The translations under genes were made by a program, and so were the position numbers. Below, in pieces: positions 59,301 to 64,000 of a stretch of DNA of 64,000 bases (position 1 is its first letter; every line of letters starts with the position of its first letter). Under the pieces are notes generated by a model that worked only from the letters and a program-made list of their open reading frames with translations, was not told the origin of the DNA and ran no database searches. The DNA lies in assembly GCA_964252035.1 (NCBI GenBank), contig OZ176201.1, one strand, 5' to 3'. This stretch comes from Podarcis erhardii (lineage: Eukaryota).

Positions 59301-62300
59301 GGGTTTCCCCAGCCACCCTGGGCAGCTTCCAGCAAAATATAACAATTCTTCAAATATTAAAAGCTTCCCTAAACAGGGCTGCCTTCAGATGTCTTCTAAA
59401 AGTCAGATAGTTATTTATTTCTTTGACATCTGGTGGGAGGGCATTCCACAGGGTGGGCGCCACTACCGAGACTACATCCAGGGACTCACTGTCTCCTCAG
59501 TCATGTGAGAGACTAGGCCTACAATTCTAAATCCTATGGTTGAGAATAAACTCCATGATTAGAATTGCACTACAAGGGCTAATTTGGTCATGCAAGTACA
59601 TTATTCAATGACTTAGAGATTAGTGAGTGCACCCCCTTCACTGGGAAGCGCTGCATTGAACAATATTCTCCTTGTGGTGTTTTGTTCCATTACAACTGCT
59701 TTCACACATTCAAGTCATCAATCTATGTTGCATTCATTGGGTGAGAGATCAAGTATTGCTTTCACTTGTAGAGGTGTCAAGTGGACTTTATTTGTGCTTA
59801 TGGTACGACAATGCCAAATGGATGCTTAGAACAGAAGTAGGGGTAAGCACTCTCCTCTTTCCCATTTTCCTGTTCAATAAGCATTGTTCTTTGGACCCAT
59901 ACATTGGCCTAGTTTGCACATCACACTAAGGACTCATCCACACTTCCATTTGCCCTGCTGCTTCCTCTTGGAAAATCCACTGCTTACTGCCAAATCAGAG
60001 CAAGCATCTATCGTATTTAGAGCTAATGAGTGCGTTTTCCATGGGATCATGGAGCAAAGGCAAAACTGCTTGGACCAGTTCCTAGAAAGCATGGGAAAAG
60101 CAGAGAACCACTTGGACCTCTGCTTTCCAAGCATGGGACAAGCATAAGTGTGGACAAGCCCTAAGTTGAACCACAACTTAGCTAGGATGCACAAGCAGGG
60201 ATTATCATGGTTGCTCTGCTCCTTCCTGGTTTGTTTTGCTACTATGCTGAGCTAAGCTATGGCTTGGCTTAGCAGGTTTCCTGAAACCAGGATCATGGTT
60301 TAGCTCCCCTTGACAAACCACGAGCCAAAAAGCATAGTACAGGCTTTGGTTCCAACTTAGGGTTAGTCTAGAGAGAGCTAAATAAGTCCCAGTTCAGAGG
60401 ACACACTAAGCCAATCCATGGCTGAGCTCAAGAATGATCAAGGAGGAGCAAAGCAGCCACGATCTCCTCACACATGGTTTTATGTTAAACCATGGTTTGG
60501 CTTAGCATTACATGTAAACTATGCCACCCATCATTGTCTTTGTTTTCCCAGTAGTGAGAGAAGGAGGTAACATCTATGTCTTCATTAATAAACAGGTGGA
60601 GAAATCCCATCTAACTGATCGTGGCTGGTTTTGTTTTTTGGCACCTGGATGTGTTTCTTATAATCTCTGCTCAGGATTGACTCTTCCACCCGTTTCATTT
60701 TCTCTTGGAAGGACTTCATCTGGGAACTCAATCTGTCTACAGTCTCCTGGAGAAGAAATATGAGGCAGAATAAATCAGTGCTCCAGCAAGCTTACTGACC
60801 CGACCACCCTGAGCACGTGTGAACTATTCTGTATGCATTAATAACATTAATTTTAGTGGGTTTATAGCTAGTAGCAGATATAACTCCTAATGGCCAGGTA
60901 GCTATTAAATCCAGCAGGTCCCAGCCAGGATGACCCGGAATTATAAGTCCACAAAATCTGGAGGGAACCATGTTGGCTGCCTCTGACTTGGAGCAATTAC
61001 AGAGTGGCAGCACCTGCAAAGATGACTGGGACTTTTGGTAGGATTCGGTCAGGAGCACTTTCTCTTTGTCATGTGCTTTCTGGAGTTCTGCAAGAGAAAC
61101 AACAGACTATGGTCAGAAGAAACCAGTGGGAGACACAAGCCCTGCTCCAATCTAGCCAGGGGTTCTCTTCCATACAGAGCTGAGTACTAACACATCACAC
61201 TGTTTGTCTCAAGAGTATATTCAGAGAACAAGAAGGACAGAACGTGAATGGAACTCAGTCTTGAAATCTTTGTGGTCATGTCTCTCTTCCCTCATTTGCA
61301 CGTACCGGTAATTCTAAGCCAGACCAAATGAGCAAATCCTGCACTATCTCTCCCAGACAAACTACAAGTGGCAAAACCACAATTTCAACATGTGGTCTGC
61401 CTGGAGAGAGCTAAACCAGATGATGGGACACTAAGCCAGGCCATGCCTTAGAGCAGCACAGCAGCAGAAGGACTAGGAAGGATTCTCGCATTCTCTCTCT
61501 CCCTCTCCCTCCTTCTGACAGAGATGCTCAGCATTTAGACAGAGAGGAAGTGAAAAATTAAATAAGCGACATGGAGAGCCTAAAATGAATATGGAGTACC
61601 CAGCAGAGAATTGAAGCTTAACAATGGAAAATTGATTTAGGAACATGTTACAACATGGCATTGCTGAATGGCAGGGTGGAAAAAGTAGAGTCTCATGGAC
61701 ACACAATATTTTAACAGTGGTGTTGTCTTTTCTTGCAATGCATCTATGACCAAAGTATTTCCAGAGGCCACAAATTCATTAATGACACTAACATTTAGTA
61801 GCTGGGAGCCGAGCACTTGGCGTGCCATTATTTCTGTAATCCCTCCTCTGGTCATTCACTTTCCTCTAGGCACTTGCTGTCTTTATTCCTTTTGACAATC
61901 TACTTCCCAATTTGAAAATTCTTCTCATCATACTGCAGGGAGGGCACTTTCTTTCCCCATCCATGTTGCTGCTACTACAGTGGCGTAGCATGGGTTGTTG
62001 GTGCCCAGGGCAGGCAGGGCAAGTGAGAGGGTGAACGCAGCCCGCATCCAACAGGCTCCTTGCCCACTGCTTCCATCTGCCTGCCCACTAGACCAACCTG
62101 CCTGCTGCCACACCTCAGCTGCCAGAGCTTCATGCCAGTCATGGGGGTGCCTGGTTGCACCCCCTCAAAAATGGTCCCCCTGCCCCCCACGCTACACTTT
62201 TGCCACTTTTGAAAAGGGGAAGCAGATTGTGGTGAGTGGGGCACAGCAAGGGAGCCATGAGGAGGCAACAACAGTTCTGGGAATGCCCGTGAACAAGTTC

Positions 62301-62741
62301 TTTCATACCTGGCCCAGTAGTGCTACAATGCCAACATAAAGCTCACCAAGGGAGGGAGCAGAAGTAACTTCACCAATATTTGCTGTAGAAATGAGTTTCC
62401 AAACAGCACGTAGATTAGGCCTCCATCACCAGGGTTGAGGGTCAGGAGCGGCCTACTCAACACTGTAGTGAGATTTGCATACCATAGCGCAGGGGTGGGG
62501 AAACCGCAGTTCTCCATATGATGTTAGGTACTGTAGGAACTCCCATTGTTCCTGACTGTCCAACGACATCTGGAGGACCACAGGTTTCCCAAGTGCTTTG
62601 ATGCAAATGGAACAAAGCTTACATATTTTGCAAGCAGGTTTTTTGGCTCTCACCTTGGAGTCTCTCTTCCTGTTCTTTTTTCAGCAAGTCATGCTGCTCA
62701 GAGAGTTGTTGCTTGCATTGTAAATCCTTCTCCTTTTCTAT
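56381..62741 (-). CDS. CCDC69: Coiled-coil domain-containing 69, 3' six coding exons (5' exons not found, probably beyond the window end)
   Basis: Exons 62654-62741, 61014-61087, 60645-60746, 59069-59188, 57655-57752, 56381-56546, all GT-AG and in phase. Peptides DYGSPSQFWEQELESLHFVIEMKNERIH and EKEELLYRVL...TEATLIAT* match CCDC69. Confidence 0.96.
57113..57242. other. Assembly gap (130 N)
   Basis: Run of N in the last CCDC69 intron. Confidence 1.
59262..59470 (-). mobile_element. LINE (L2/CR1-like) 3' fragment
   Basis: (AAC)n tail followed by tttataccccacccatctggctgggtttccccagcc...gccttcagatgtcttctaaa; family call from recognition only. Confidence 0.55.
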
Positions 62742-64000
62742 CTGTGGGTGGGGGGAAGGCACAGGCAATATTGCAATATTGTTAACAAATAATACTTTAC
62801 TGCCAGCATTCTGCATGATATTTCACATCTCACACAGAGGAGTTTACATCATTTTAAGGCTGGAGACAGGCAGCCGTGTTCAAGGGGCCTGATTGAGAAA
62901 CGCTAGCAAGAAGCATTGTTTACTGACTGCGGTGTCCGCACAGTGAAGCCATTCCCTTATTGCTTCTAGTCAGAGGGTGGGCAGGTCTCTGAAGCATGAC
63001 AATAGCGGCAAAACCCCATTTGACGTGAGACTATTGCAGGGCATGTCTACACCTCATGGGAAGAAACAGAGTGGTGTAGTGAGTGGACCATCAGTCTTGG
63101 ATTGAGAAGTCAAATCTCTGTTCAGCCAGTGACCTTGGGCCAATCACTATCTCTCAGTCTATGGGATGGTTGTAGAATGTGAATATCAAGATGGAGGTGG
63201 GGGCACTCGTGGTTGCAATTTTGAATGCCTCAGAAAAAGATGGAGTTAAAACTAATAATTTGATCACGATGATGGTGATGATGGTGTCACCTTCATTTCC
63301 CCCCCATTTCCCCCCTTTCCTCAGGCTCCATATCAAACTGGAGAACTGGAATATGGGAATATGGCAGAAAAAGAAAGAACCTGGATGTCAAGGATGTGAT
63401 CATATGGCTAGAGTTGAGTGTACATATGCAGCCCTATCTTATATATGTTTACTTATTCCAGTGATATTTATTCCCAAGTTAAGTGTGCAGAGGATGGCAG
63501 CCCTGTGGTACAATCCTACACATGTCTGCTCAGAAGTAACCACCAATGAGTTTTAGGGGATTTATTCCCAAGTTAAGTGTGGAGTGAGAGAATATTCACT
63601 GTACGTCACTTTAAATTGTCATAATATGCACATATATTATGGCAAGGACCATAAGAATGAGCATTCAGTGAAAGGAATAGATGCTCTCCTACATCTGCAT
63701 ACCGCTGTTGAACATTGGAAATGGTGGCAAACTGTGTTTCAGGGAAGCTTGTCTACCTTGCCAGTTTTCTTCTTGACAAGGCCGCGATGGTCTTCCAATG
63801 CATCACCTCAGTGTTCTCTGAAGCACAGTTTGAATTCCACTGGCCTGTCGGTGATTTGGGAGGAGGTTCTAGCACCTGTTTCCTCCCCCTTTTCTAAGTG
63901 GTACATTCCATTCTAAAGGCATTGAACTATGCAGATTCTAAAACTATTGCCTTGTTTCTTTAAACGGGTTCTGAATTCTTGTATGGAGATCACCACATCC

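Overview
Vertebrate genomic DNA. The repeat content (tRNA-derived SINEs, TA-flanked Tc1/mariner MITEs, hAT MITEs, Penelope-like fragments) suggests a squamate, probably a lacertid lizard; the taxon is an inference. Four spliced protein-coding genes were reconstructed by hand from splice sites and reading phases. (1) ANXA6 (-): coding exons 2, 3 and 21-26 are present; exons 4-20 are absent and coincide with a 200-N assembly gap. (2) An intact 11-coding-exon, 613-aa cationic amino acid transporter (+) most like SLC7A2, carrying only a CAT-2A (low-affinity)-type exon. (3) An intact 6-exon, 399-aa secreted PDGFRL-like Ig-domain gene (+) with a non-canonical GC splice donor. (4) The 3' six coding exons of CCDC69 (-). 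The main finding is that SLC7A2-like(+)/PDGFRL-like(+)/CCDC69(-) repeats the order and orientation of human 8p22 SLC7A2/PDGFRL/MTUS1, but sits in the ANXA6-CCDC69 interval, which has no such genes in human. It looks like a retained whole-genome-duplication paralogon. A CpG island at ~22.5-23 kb probably drives ANXA6 and the transporter divergently. No database searches could be run, so novelty is unverified; these genes may already exist as unnamed 'like' annotations.
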